Shown here: positions 20,521 through 29,055 of the stretch, piece by piece | Position numbering within the stretch: position 1 is the stretch's first letter | Layout: every line of letters begins with the position of its first letter | IMG/VR virus record: IMGVR_UViG_3300045988_147517 | Coordinates: 1-64,000 of that record | Direction: 5' to 3' (one strand) | Source: a virus | DNA length: 64,000 nucleotides | The notes under the pieces: model-generated | Databases searched by the model: none | What the model saw: the letters and a program-made list of their open reading frames with translations, nothing else | Told to the model about the DNA's origin: nothing | Position numbers and translations under genes: made by a program

Positions 20521-20957
20521 AGTACGTCCTCCATATTATGAGAATATGTATATGTTATCAACCCATCATTATGATAAACATAAATTATATCCATTCCAAA
20601 TACTTTGGCCATTCTATATTCTGCAAGACAACCTTCTGAATTTTCCCATTCACCACTTAAAATAATACCATCACAAGCTTGCAACAGTAGATGCCATGTC
20701 CTAGCACACTCTCTTTTTTCTCTATCTTCTGGCAACAAATCTAAAGGTCGAACTAAATGTTCAAACCCTTCATCATATAAGAATGCGGCTACCACCCTTT
20801 CATCTTCGTAATTATCTTTCATATCGCCACATGTTGTAAGCGGGTGGGATAGATACCAGATTTTATCCTTTTTGTAATCTTTAAGTTTTACGCCAATACC
20901 ATATCTTTCTGCGATTGTTCTTATAACATCATCGCCAAGTTCATCTCTTATTCTCAT
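20517..20957 (-). CDS. Nucleoside 2-deoxyribosyltransferase-like (DUF4406-like) protein
   Basis: ATG at 20957 after ggaggt. Pattern ...ACDGIILSGEWENSEGCLAEYRMAKVFGMDIIYV resembles the DUF4406 family (recalled from memory). Confidence 0.4.
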   Translation of the reverse strand: MRIRDELGDDVIRTIAERYGIGVKLKDYKKDKIWYLSHPLTTCGDMKDNYEDERVVAAFLYDEGFEHLVRPLDLLPEDREKRECARTWHLLLQACDGIILSGEWENSEGCLAEYRMAKVFGMDIIYVYHNDGLITYTYSHNMEDVL

Positions 20958-20959
20958 AA

Positions 20960-21274
20960 TTATACCTCCATAAATGCACATCTATCACATTGATTTTCAC
21001 TATCATAAATAGTGTCAATATAGCCGTCTTCATAACCGCCATCTTTGCATGGGTCTAACATCCCAAAGTAAGGCTTGAAACGATTGATTTCAGCCCCGCT
21101 ATATTCACATGTTACATTATGACGATGGCGCACCTTCATTTTTCTTCTCTCTGTATCAAAAAATTCAACCAATCCAATACGGCCCGTCTCACTGTCATAA
21201 ATTTCCTGTCCTGTTTCAAATTCTTTGTTTCCTCTTGTCAAAAAGTCCTTTAATACTTCATATACCTTACTCAT
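20960..21274 (-). CDS. Hypothetical protein
   Basis: SD aggaggg. It is the first gene after the promoter at 21307..21335. Confidence 0.55.
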   Translation of the reverse strand: MSKVYEVLKDFLTRGNKEFETGQEIYDSETGRIGLVEFFDTERRKMKVRHRHNVTCEYSGAEINRFKPYFGMLDPCKDGGYEDGYIDTIYDSENQCDRCAFMEV

Positions 21275-21306
21275 AGTAAAGCCCTCCTAAGTAATTTGTT
21301 AATTGT

Positions 21307-21335
21307 ATTATATCACTTCTGGAGGGCTTTGTCAA
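21307..21335 (-). promoter_or_regulatory. Consensus sigma70-type promoter
   Basis: Read on the minus strand: TTGACA-aagccctccagaagtga-TATAAT (17-nt spacer, TGn extended -10). Confidence 0.7.
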
Positions 21336-21348
21336 ATTATTTTTTTAC

Positions 21349-21648
21349 TTATTCAAATACAAACTCAATTTGAACCTCATCTTCGCTGTCATCTTCCACT
21401 TCATCATCTTCATATTCTTTGCCATTAATAACATCCTCATATGCGTTAAAAATAAGTGATGAAAGGTCATTAGAAATATTATCGGAAAATTTCTTCAATG
21501 ACTCTTCGCTCATAATATCGTAACAATCCTTCAAGAATAGATGGAAAAGTCGAGCAGTTAAATCAAAATATTCATTCAAAATATTTTCTGGACTTCCTCC
21601 ATACTCTACATTACCATTTTCTTCTTCATCAATGTTTAAAAATATCAT
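21349..21648 (-). CDS. Hypothetical acidic protein
   Basis: SD aaggag. The C-terminus is Asp/Glu-rich. Confidence 0.5.
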   Translation of the reverse strand: MIFLNIDEEENGNVEYGGSPENILNEYFDLTARLFHLFLKDCYDIMSEESLKKFSDNISNDLSSLIFNAYEDVINGKEYEDDEVEDDSEDEVQIEFVFE

Positions 21649-21661
21649 AATTATTCTCCTT

Positions 21662-21907
21662 TTATTTCATGTTAAACAAGTTCGCCCCAACACTTTCTGC
21701 CGAAACAATCTTCTGAAATTCTTTTAACGCATCATCTTCGCTTTCGTATCTTCCTAAAGAAAAGCTATCGTAGGTATTGGTATTTAGTTCACTAGCGTTT
21801 GGCTTTGCAAAAACCCCATGAAATGTATCGCCATCTAATGATTTGACAAAGATATAAAAAGCGTTAGTGTCAATCATTAATTTTTTACTTTGGTCTATTA
21901 TTTTCAT
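21662..21907 (-). CDS. Hypothetical protein
   Basis: ATGA overlap with the nadE stop. Confidence 0.5.
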   Translation of the reverse strand: MKIIDQSKKLMIDTNAFYIFVKSLDGDTFHGVFAKPNASELNTNTYDSFSLGRYESEDDALKEFQKIVSAESVGANLFNMK

Positions 21908-22695
21908 CTCTTAATACCCGCGCCAATGACAACAGGAAGTTTACGCTTGTGTCCAGTTTTATCATGAGCATCCTTAATTAAAGCGTCTTTCTTCTTATCG
22001 CCACAGGTTCCTTTTAAAGAATAATCCTTAACTTCTGCATAGGTAAAACCTAAAACATCTTCATCCGCTTTTCCTCGGATACCATCACTTGGCGCTTTAT
22101 TTAAAATATCTGTAAGTTGAATGTATTCATATTCACCTTCAAAATATTTTTTAATTAAGTATTCTCCAATTTCTAATACTTCATCTAAATAAAGTTCTCG
22201 CAGTGGACAAATATCGCCAGTGTCACCAAACTTTGTAGTATACCCTACATAGTTCTCAGCCGCATTGCTAGTGCAAACAACAACTGCGTCCTCTAAGGAT
22301 TGTGCAAAATAGTAAAGCACAGCCATTCTGATACGTGGTTTTGCGTTAATAACTGACTGTTCCTCTAACATAACCGTTTCAACATTACCCTCTGGCATCA
22401 TAACATTAAGATTGATGCTTGGTAGCGCGGCTGTTAACGGAAGAATATTGAATGAACTTTGTTTAATTCCCAATAAATTAGTCACAAGATTTGCATCATT
22501 GATATCCTTTTGATTACCCTCAGGTAATAAAACCCCTAAAATATTTTCAGCGCCAATAGCTTCTTTTAATAACATGGCCGCTACCAAGCTATTTTTTCCA
22601 CCAGAAATACCAATAACGGCTGTTTTTCTTCCATTATCTTTGAAGTATTTCTGGATATTTTTCACTAATTTATCAACTGTTTTTTTTGTATCCAT
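21904..22695 (-). CDS. nadE: NH3-dependent NAD+ synthetase-like protein
   Basis: PP-loop region VIGISGGKNSLVAAMLL (SGGxDS-type loop, with N in place of D). The length and the remaining pattern fit NadE. Confidence 0.65.
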   Translation of the reverse strand: MDTKKTVDKLVKNIQKYFKDNGRKTAVIGISGGKNSLVAAMLLKEAIGAENILGVLLPEGNQKDINDANLVTNLLGIKQSSFNILPLTAALPSINLNVMMPEGNVETVMLEEQSVINAKPRIRMAVLYYFAQSLEDAVVVCTSNAAENYVGYTTKFGDTGDICPLRELYLDEVLEIGEYLIKKYFEGEYEYIQLTDILNKAPSDGIRGKADEDVLGFTYAEVKDYSLKGTCGDKKKDALIKDAHDKTGHKRKLPVVIGAGIKR

Positions 22696-22714
22696 TTTAA
22701 TCTCCTATCTAATC

Positions 22715-23695
22715 TTATTTGACAATACTAGAAATATCCATCAGTGTGCCACCCCCACTAACTTTTGGAAGTTCACCATTCCATTTATCCAACATTTTAT
22801 TTTGGTTGTCTAAATTTTGTTTTTGTAAAACTTCTGATGAGATAGATTCATTTAATCTGCGATTGGCTTCTGCTTCACCCTCTACCTCTTTTATTTTCGC
22901 CTGAGCGTCCGCTTCTGACTGTTCAATTTTCTTCTGATTTTCAATTTGTTGTTGTTCATACGCTAATTGGGTTTTCTGCTTGTTTGCAATCGCTTCTTTG
23001 TAACTTTCTTCAAAATCCGCGCCATTAATAACCACTTTATTGATTTCAATTACATCTTTTCCATACTTATCATTTACGCTTTTTTGTAGCATATCTTTTA
23101 CTAATGGTTCAATGCTCCCACGATTCGTAGCCTGAGCATCTTCCAGTGTAGCACTGGCGCTTTTAATAGAAGATGCAACCATAGAATCTGTGATTAAATT
23201 ATCTTTATAATTTGTTACGTTAGCATAAATCCACGCTGATTTTTCTGGTAAGATTCTGTAGGTAACAGTAATGTCCTTATACCAAATTGCAGTACGATTA
23301 ACTGTCTCTCCCCAAATCTGGTCTTCTGTTGCCACAGGTCTATCTTGCAATTTGTTATTTACTGGCTCTACGCTTTGAACAAATGGAATTTTTAAACTAA
23401 ATCCGTTTGGAACAGGTTCTTCACTGATTTGTCCAAACGTTCTTCTTACCCCTGTATATCCTGTGTTAATAACTACAATAGTTTGGGACAATACAATTAG
23501 GATAAGCCCAATAATCCCAAAAATTTTAACTTTTTTATAACCCAATTTTTTAAGGTTATTTATTTCTTTTTCTCTATCTTCATATGTTCCATTATAATTG
23601 TAATTTAATCGTTTTAATTTATTATTAATTTTAAACAGATTAAAAACACCAAGCCCAACTGATATGATTGCCAAAATAAGTAAAATAATTTGCAT
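22715..23695 (-). CDS. SPFH/Band-7 (prohibitin/HflC-like) membrane protein
   Basis: Two N-terminal hydrophobic helices, then a Band-7-like core (GYTGVRRTFGQI...GFSLKIPFVQSV), then a coiled-coil tail. Confidence 0.6.
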   Translation of the reverse strand: MQIILLILAIISVGLGVFNLFKINNKLKRLNYNYNGTYEDREKEINNLKKLGYKKVKIFGIIGLILIVLSQTIVVINTGYTGVRRTFGQISEEPVPNGFSLKIPFVQSVEPVNNKLQDRPVATEDQIWGETVNRTAIWYKDITVTYRILPEKSAWIYANVTNYKDNLITDSMVASSIKSASATLEDAQATNRGSIEPLVKDMLQKSVNDKYGKDVIEINKVVINGADFEESYKEAIANKQKTQLAYEQQQIENQKKIEQSEADAQAKIKEVEGEAEANRRLNESISSEVLQKQNLDNQNKMLDKWNGELPKVSGGGTLMDISSIVK

Positions 23696-23780
23696 TCTTT
23701 TCTCCTTTTATATTTAATTTCCCTTTAAAGATTTTAGAGGTGGTGATTTGTTAGTCATAATTACATTCCTCCTTTTCTAC

Positions 23781-23809
23781 ATTATAGCACATTATACAAA
23801 GATTGTCAA
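23781..23809 (-). promoter_or_regulatory. Consensus sigma70-type promoter
   Basis: TTGACA-atctttgtataatgtgc-TATAAT on the minus strand. It abuts the Nampt-like stop. Confidence 0.65.
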
Positions 23810-25321
23810 TTAGAATTTTCCTTCGTGCAATCTATTTCGGATATAACTTAAAGAATCACGACGTACCATAGAACTATTTTGATATACTGTTTCTAATAAA
23901 TTCCCTTTCCATGAACATGCGTCTTCATAAGTTAATCCATCAATACACATCAAACCTCCATCGGCTTTTTCGGTTACAACACAACACCCTTTATGTGATT
24001 TTTTAAAATGGCCATCATCTGTTTTGGGGTCTTTATAAATAGGAATAGGTTCGCCATTTACCTCACAATAAGTTGCTTTCACCGCGCTACAATATGTATC
24101 TCTAGTAAATGGTTGGAGTGCTTGCGTCTCAAACTTAGTAGGCTCTTCTATAACAACTTCTTCGAGGCACTGCATACTAAAGGAGCCAGCGCCAAGAGAT
24201 ACATTATTGGCGGCAAATCCCAGATATTCAAGAGAGTCATAAATTGATTTTGCCCTTGAAATGGTAATAGAGTCACCATATACTACACCAATATGAGGGT
24301 CTAAAACTTTATATCCTTTTGAATTAACAGTACCCCCGAAGTTTTCCCATAGGCTTAAAACAGTATTTACTACAATATTTACAGGGGCACCACTATCGCC
24401 TCTGATATTTAGCTTTCCATTATGGCGCATAATATCTTCTTTGCATTGAGGCAAAATATTATCAACCATATTCCAATAATCATAACTGTCCGCTACCATA
24501 CTAAATGAGGTATTAGGATAAATATCGTTTAACAAGCGTTTTACCATTGTAATCTCATCGCCATCTACTGCATAGTTACTACACATTACAGAGTGCTCAG
24601 TGCTAACAGCGCCAAAATTAACTTCTTCATTTTTTACATTTGCATTATAATAATTTTCCATAAATTGAGCAGACGGGACTGTAGCAGATAATACAAAGGA
24701 TGTTAGCCAGCCAGCGCTACTTAAAATACCAGATTCGTTACTTTCTTCTCCTCTATATGAGAACAAACTCATTGCTTTGGCGCGTGGAACATCATCATCA
24801 ACAGTAAGGTCATAATATTCGTTAACAATTTGGCGATACCAGTAACCAACTGATGCGGCAATTTGTGAATGCCATAAGGTATTGCTTAACAATGATTCAA
24901 CGGTATTTACAACCCAAGCAAAATCTTTATGGGTATTTGCGATTTGAACACAAGGAACTCCCATTGGAACAATTGTTCCTTCTGGTAGTGATTTAATCTC
25001 CAATGGAAGGTACCCTAGTTTGTGTAGCGCTTCAATTTTTGGAAATAATTCGTTTTCATCTGGAATAGATGATTCCACATAGCGTTCATAATTTTCTCTG
25101 ATTTTATCAATTGGCTTTCTAAAAAATTCATTGTCGAACCAATCAATTAAATATTCAATTAAAAAATACTGTAGCCCAAAATGAACTAAACAATATTTAT
25201 CATCTAGCCGACTTTTGCGTGGTGTATAATATGAGACAATCCGTTCAGTCCCCTCTGGGTACTGTTCTTCGTGAACGGCCTTATAAAAATCAATTAACAT
25301 TAATGGGTTTGTTCTAAACAT
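23810..25321 (-). CDS. Nicotinamide phosphoribosyltransferase-like protein (Nampt/NadV or Namat-type)
   Basis: 503 aa. The N-terminus NPLMLIDFYKAVHEEQYPEG is typical of the Nampt family. SD aaaggag. Confidence 0.7.
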   Translation of the reverse strand: MFRTNPLMLIDFYKAVHEEQYPEGTERIVSYYTPRKSRLDDKYCLVHFGLQYFLIEYLIDWFDNEFFRKPIDKIRENYERYVESSIPDENELFPKIEALHKLGYLPLEIKSLPEGTIVPMGVPCVQIANTHKDFAWVVNTVESLLSNTLWHSQIAASVGYWYRQIVNEYYDLTVDDDVPRAKAMSLFSYRGEESNESGILSSAGWLTSFVLSATVPSAQFMENYYNANVKNEEVNFGAVSTEHSVMCSNYAVDGDEITMVKRLLNDIYPNTSFSMVADSYDYWNMVDNILPQCKEDIMRHNGKLNIRGDSGAPVNIVVNTVLSLWENFGGTVNSKGYKVLDPHIGVVYGDSITISRAKSIYDSLEYLGFAANNVSLGAGSFSMQCLEEVVIEEPTKFETQALQPFTRDTYCSAVKATYCEVNGEPIPIYKDPKTDDGHFKKSHKGCCVVTEKADGGLMCIDGLTYEDACSWKGNLLETVYQNSSMVRRDSLSYIRNRLHEGKF

Positions 25322-25343
25322 GCTTTTTCTCCTTTATTTTACA

Positions 25344-25400
25344 AAAACAGCTTTTTCTCAGAGCGATTTTATTTTTGTTAGCCATATACTTTATCCTGTA
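25344..25400. repeat. Intergenic repeat, copy 2 (pairs with 19629..19686)
   Basis: aaaacagctttttctcagagcgattttatttttgttagccatatactttatcctgta. Here the arm AAAACAGCTTTTT is also the reverse complement of AAAAAGCTGTTTT at 25422..25434. Confidence 0.7.
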
Positions 25401-25452
25401 AAAAATTTTCTCTCCTCTATAAAAAAGCTGTTTTCATGATTTTATTTAAATT

Positions 25453-26307
25453 TTAGGCTTCAAAATATGAAATAGCGCATTTTTGAATAGGTGTAACACT
25501 TTTTTGGCCACCTTTGCATACAATAGGTTGCATAGGCATAATACTATTCGTTGTATAGATTTGATTGATTAAACCAGAGTACAATAAGTCCCCCTTGTAA
25601 ATATTTGTTTCACAGTGAGTGACATACATATCAATATTTGATACACCTTTTTTCTTTAATTCTTTTGCGGCCCTTAAAAACGTTCCACCATAAGAACAGA
25701 GGTCGTCTATAATTAAAATATTTTTATAATCTTTTTTGTAATCTAAAATTTTATATCCTGTAATTTCTCCGGTAGCATAATCTCTTACCTTGTATCCTGA
25801 AAAATTTGGATAGGCAAGTAAACTTGAATAGCGTTTTTGAGCACCCAAGTCTGGCATAAAGAGCGCATCATATTCATTATCCTCAATTAAGCCATTTATA
25901 ATATTGACAATTAGCGCTTTGTCGTCTGTAGAATTATCAATCAGCGCCATCGTAACATCAGAATGTGGGTCAAGAACTTGTACCATATCGAATTCCAATG
26001 AATTAATAAAGTCCGCGAAATGTTTTAATGTAAAAATTTCATTTACAGAATCCTCTACCCTATCTTGTCTTCCATATGGCACGTATGGCATATAGAGTGC
26101 AAACCATGTTCCAGCACCTTTAATCTTTTTTAAATGCTTGACAACGAAATATAATTCCATCATCTCACTGTTATCGCCGCTCCAAAACCATTCAATGGAG
26201 ATTTTATCTTGCTTATTATGCGCAAAGACATCTTTGAACTTGTTCATTCTAAACTCTCCCTCGGGAAAGGTTTCGAATTTTATAGGATAGCCGTTTACTT
26301 TAATCAT
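25453..26307 (-). CDS. Ribose-phosphate pyrophosphokinase-like protein (Prs or Adps-type)
   Basis: Type I PRT loop ILIIDDLCSYGGTF, VLDPHSD segment, 284 aa. It lies directly upstream of the Nampt-like gene. Confidence 0.6.
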   Translation of the reverse strand: MIKVNGYPIKFETFPEGEFRMNKFKDVFAHNKQDKISIEWFWSGDNSEMMELYFVVKHLKKIKGAGTWFALYMPYVPYGRQDRVEDSVNEIFTLKHFADFINSLEFDMVQVLDPHSDVTMALIDNSTDDKALIVNIINGLIEDNEYDALFMPDLGAQKRYSSLLAYPNFSGYKVRDYATGEITGYKILDYKKDYKNILIIDDLCSYGGTFLRAAKELKKKGVSNIDMYVTHCETNIYKGDLLYSGLINQIYTTNSIMPMQPIVCKGGQKSVTPIQKCAISYFEA

Positions 26308-26577
26308 ATTATCTTTCCTCCATTAATTTAATTTTAATTGTGTCATTGGCGCTCATATTTTTAATAAGCTTCTTCAACTTTTTATACGGCACTATACAAG
26401 ACATTTCAGTATTAACAAATGTACGTTTTTTGGTAATATTAACTTCAAAATATTTTTCATTTTTTTGGTGCACTCATTTAATCCTACTCCTTTTTAATAT
26501 ATTTACATTTGTGCTTATTTTGTTAATTATTTAGAATTTTATACAAATTTCACCTTTTTCTAGTAAAAATTAGTATT

Positions 26578-27189
26578 TTATATAACCTCAATAAAAAGGT
26601 GTTTCAAAATGTCTAGTGTTTGCTGGTGTTTTTGAGGGGTCGAGCCTGCACAAAGTGTCGATAAAACACGAATTTTATTGGGAGAACAAATGTAAAAATA
26701 AAGAAGCATAACATTTGCCAAAACACAATAATCTGTACACACTCCAACAACGTTTACCTCATAGTCTAATATAGGACACCCATCAAACTCAGGACAATCA
26801 TCAAAGTAATTAAGGCAACATTCTTTACTACAATAGTCATTCATATCTTTTAATTTTTCTTGAATGAGATACGGAAGTTCATAGTTACCAAACATACTTT
26901 TTTCTACTATAATAAAATCTTGCCCTGCATTTAATGAATCAAAAACATCATCCACAATATTACTTCCGTAGGTATTTCGAATACAGTGTCGAATGGGTAA
27001 ATTTTTCCCTTCATGAGTATCTAAATAATTTTCCCCATGAATATCTTTTGTGAATACCACTAAATCATAACCACCATTCTTGATTTCATCCGAAATTTTT
27101 GGAACAATTTCTTTTGCTTCTTCTGTTCCCAGCGGGCCATATACAAAATCATCTTGCATATCCACAACTAATAAAACTTTTCGCTTCAT
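26578..27189 (-). CDS. Isochorismatase-family hydrolase (nicotinamidase PncA-like)
   Basis: N-terminus VLLVVDMQDDFVYGPLG and the later VGVCTDYCV catalytic Cys motif. Confidence 0.6.
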   Translation of the reverse strand: MKRKVLLVVDMQDDFVYGPLGTEEAKEIVPKISDEIKNGGYDLVVFTKDIHGENYLDTHEGKNLPIRHCIRNTYGSNIVDDVFDSLNAGQDFIIVEKSMFGNYELPYLIQEKLKDMNDYCSKECCLNYFDDCPEFDGCPILDYEVNVVGVCTDYCVLANVMLLYFYICSPNKIRVLSTLCAGSTPQKHQQTLDILKHLFIEVI

Positions 27190-27217
27190 TTCTGTCTCCT
27201 ATTTATTTGTTGAACAT

Positions 27218-27246
27218 ATTATACCATACATTTTTCGCAATGTCAA
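27218..27246 (-). promoter_or_regulatory. Consensus sigma70-type promoter
   Basis: TTGACA-ttgcgaaaaatgtatgg-TATAAT on the minus strand, ~30 nt before the ATG at 27189. Confidence 0.7.
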
Positions 27247-27294
27247 TTCCAATGTGTCACGAATATTATATAATATTCGTGACATTATTCTTCG

Positions 27295-27489
27295 TCATGA
27301 GTTTTCCAATCTCCACGTTTTATACCATACAATATTGTCTCTACGAACGCCATCATGAGCGCCATAGAACGAAACAAACGGAGTAGTTCCCTCATGAATT
27401 TTTTCAATTAAATTTTCAATACTATCTGAATAGTCATAGAAGGATACAACCTCTCCGTCTTTTAATCCGATATCAACTTTAAATTTCAT
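27295..27489 (-). CDS. Hypothetical protein (64 aa)
   Basis: Its ATG directly abuts the iscB stop codon and the right end of the IscB element. Confidence 0.5.
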   Translation of the reverse strand: MKFKVDIGLKDGEVVSFYDYSDSIENLIEKIHEGTTPFVSFYGAHDGVRRDNIVWYKTWRLENS

Positions 27490-28779
27490 CTAATCTTTGG
27501 CAATTCCACCTCCTTTTATAATGAGGTGGAATTGCCTTTTCCTTTCTTCTTGTAAATAGCTCATTCTAGCTTTTAATAATTTTAATTTTTTACAACTTAT
27601 ACCTGCATGAATTCTAGTTCCATCAAGTAATCTAATATCAAAATAACCTGTACTTCTTCTACCAAATATAAAGCACTCTTGGTCTTGAAATTTAACCTTG
27701 TCAAATAATCTAAAACCTTTAACAATATATGGCGCTTGGTTTAATTTCCTCCTTCCACCTTTTAGAAAATTAGCTTTATGGATTTTTCTATTATGGCATC
27801 TTACTTTTTTCTGATAGATGAAAGTTTCAAGAGGCTTTGCATTGAAATTTCCACTAATGCAATAAGCATCGTTATAGTGTTCTTTAGCCAAACCATGTTT
27901 GATGCGATTACTTTTTGTTATGTAGCCATAAGTTAATTCTACATCTTGATATACCTCTTTTAGTTTGTTATATAGCGGCCATCTCATAATTCCCATAAAG
28001 GTGGCATCATTATACTTTTTACCTCGTTTGATTTTAAAATCAATTTCTCCATTATGGTATTTCTTATGACAAGTACGGCATAAAGTAATTAGATTATTTG
28101 GAGCGTTTCCGCCTGTCTTTCGTGATTCTAGATGATGCACTTCCAACACTTTATCTTTAGACTTACCTAGACAATACCTACAAGTATGATTATCTCTAAA
28201 TAAGATATATTCTCTTGTATTCCAACCTTTCATTTCACCATTTTGGTAATCAACACCACTCATTGTTTTACCCTCAGCTTTAGCTTTAAGAAGTTGAGTA
28301 TCAAAAGACGCTACTTCTACTATTACTTTGCTAATAGGTAAAATTTTGTGAACATTTTCTATTACCTTTAAATGGCTATCAATCTTATGTCTTATTGATG
28401 GTGCTAACCACCCTTCTTTTTTAGTAGCTACACGATTATTAAATCTTGCTTTGCGATATCTTAAACGGTTTCGTCTAGCTCTTCTACTTTCTCTTCTTGT
28501 TGACAACAACTCAACAATGTCATTGCGAAGTTCAACTTCAGAACAATATAGTTCCTCTGTTTCTGTAGTTGCTGATAAACCTACGTGTTTAGAACCAGCA
28601 TCTACGCCTAAAGTAATTGGTTGGGTATAATTATTACCCTCGTAATTTAATTGAATTGTAAATGGACTACGCTTAACAATTTCAGCTTTACCATTTTTTA
28701 ATAAATGTCTCACTTTACCAAATCTATGCGTTGGCATAAGCGGTAATCCATTTTTATTTAAAACATATACTAACTGCAT
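27490..28779 (-). CDS. iscB: IscB RNA-guided nuclease (OMEGA system)
   Basis: 429 aa. PLMP motif (NGLPLMPT). RuvC-I LGVDAGSKHVG. Arg-rich bridge helix RRESRRARRNRLRYRKARF. RuvC-II VIVEVASFD. HNH EVHHLESRKTGGNAPNNLITLCRTCHKKYH. RuvC-III HYNDAY. Confidence 0.85.
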   Translation of the reverse strand: MQLVYVLNKNGLPLMPTHRFGKVRHLLKNGKAEIVKRSPFTIQLNYEGNNYTQPITLGVDAGSKHVGLSATTETEELYCSEVELRNDIVELLSTRRESRRARRNRLRYRKARFNNRVATKKEGWLAPSIRHKIDSHLKVIENVHKILPISKVIVEVASFDTQLLKAKAEGKTMSGVDYQNGEMKGWNTREYILFRDNHTCRYCLGKSKDKVLEVHHLESRKTGGNAPNNLITLCRTCHKKYHNGEIDFKIKRGKKYNDATFMGIMRWPLYNKLKEVYQDVELTYGYITKSNRIKHGLAKEHYNDAYCISGNFNAKPLETFIYQKKVRCHNRKIHKANFLKGGRRKLNQAPYIVKGFRLFDKVKFQDQECFIFGRRSTGYFDIRLLDGTRIHAGISCKKLKLLKARMSYLQEERKRQFHLIIKGGGIAKD

Positions 28780-29055
28780 TTTTTACCTAATTTAACCTAA
28801 TAAATAATTCAGCTTTAAAACTGTAATGTAGCCATCGACAATGTTATTTAAGGTTTAACGTATATATCACTATTTCTACCCCTTAAAATTGTTTAAACAT
28901 ATACCGTAGAGTAAGAGACTTGGCTAAACATCTCTTAGTACCTATTTCTTAAATAACGTAGGATATGTGTCTTATGACATTCTCCTTAGTCTAGTCAACA
29001 AGGGCTTTTTCAAGCCCCCACTTCAAGAAGGTCTATCTTGTAAGTGGTGGGTTGT
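28780..29055 (-). ncRNA. Putative IscB omegaRNA (scaffold; guide expected at its 5' end near 29055)
   Basis: A 276-nt non-coding gap lies immediately 5' of iscB on the coding strand, where IscB omegaRNAs are encoded. It contains the stem GGGCTT-gaaa-AAGCCC and other helices. Its 5' ~70 nt are conserved in the mini copy at 59677..59749. Confidence 0.6.

Noticed and set aside
23714-23758. A 14-codon ORF (MTNKSPPLKSLKGN) with a strong SD in the leader of the SPFH gene.
   Set aside because: It may be a leader peptide, but it is too short to support without conservation or ribosome-profiling data.
26308-26577. A 270-nt gap between the nicotinamidase-like and Prs-like genes, containing several mini-ORFs of 6, 22 and 31 codons and a TTGGCGCT word.
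   Set aside because: No mini-ORF has a convincing SD, no consensus promoter or conserved structure was recognised, and the evidence is insufficient to call a feature.
28780-29055. TTGACT...ATAAGA as a dedicated promoter for the IscB omegaRNA.
   Set aside because: The -10 is poor and the position falls inside the conserved scaffold. Read-through from the dnaE operon is more likely.
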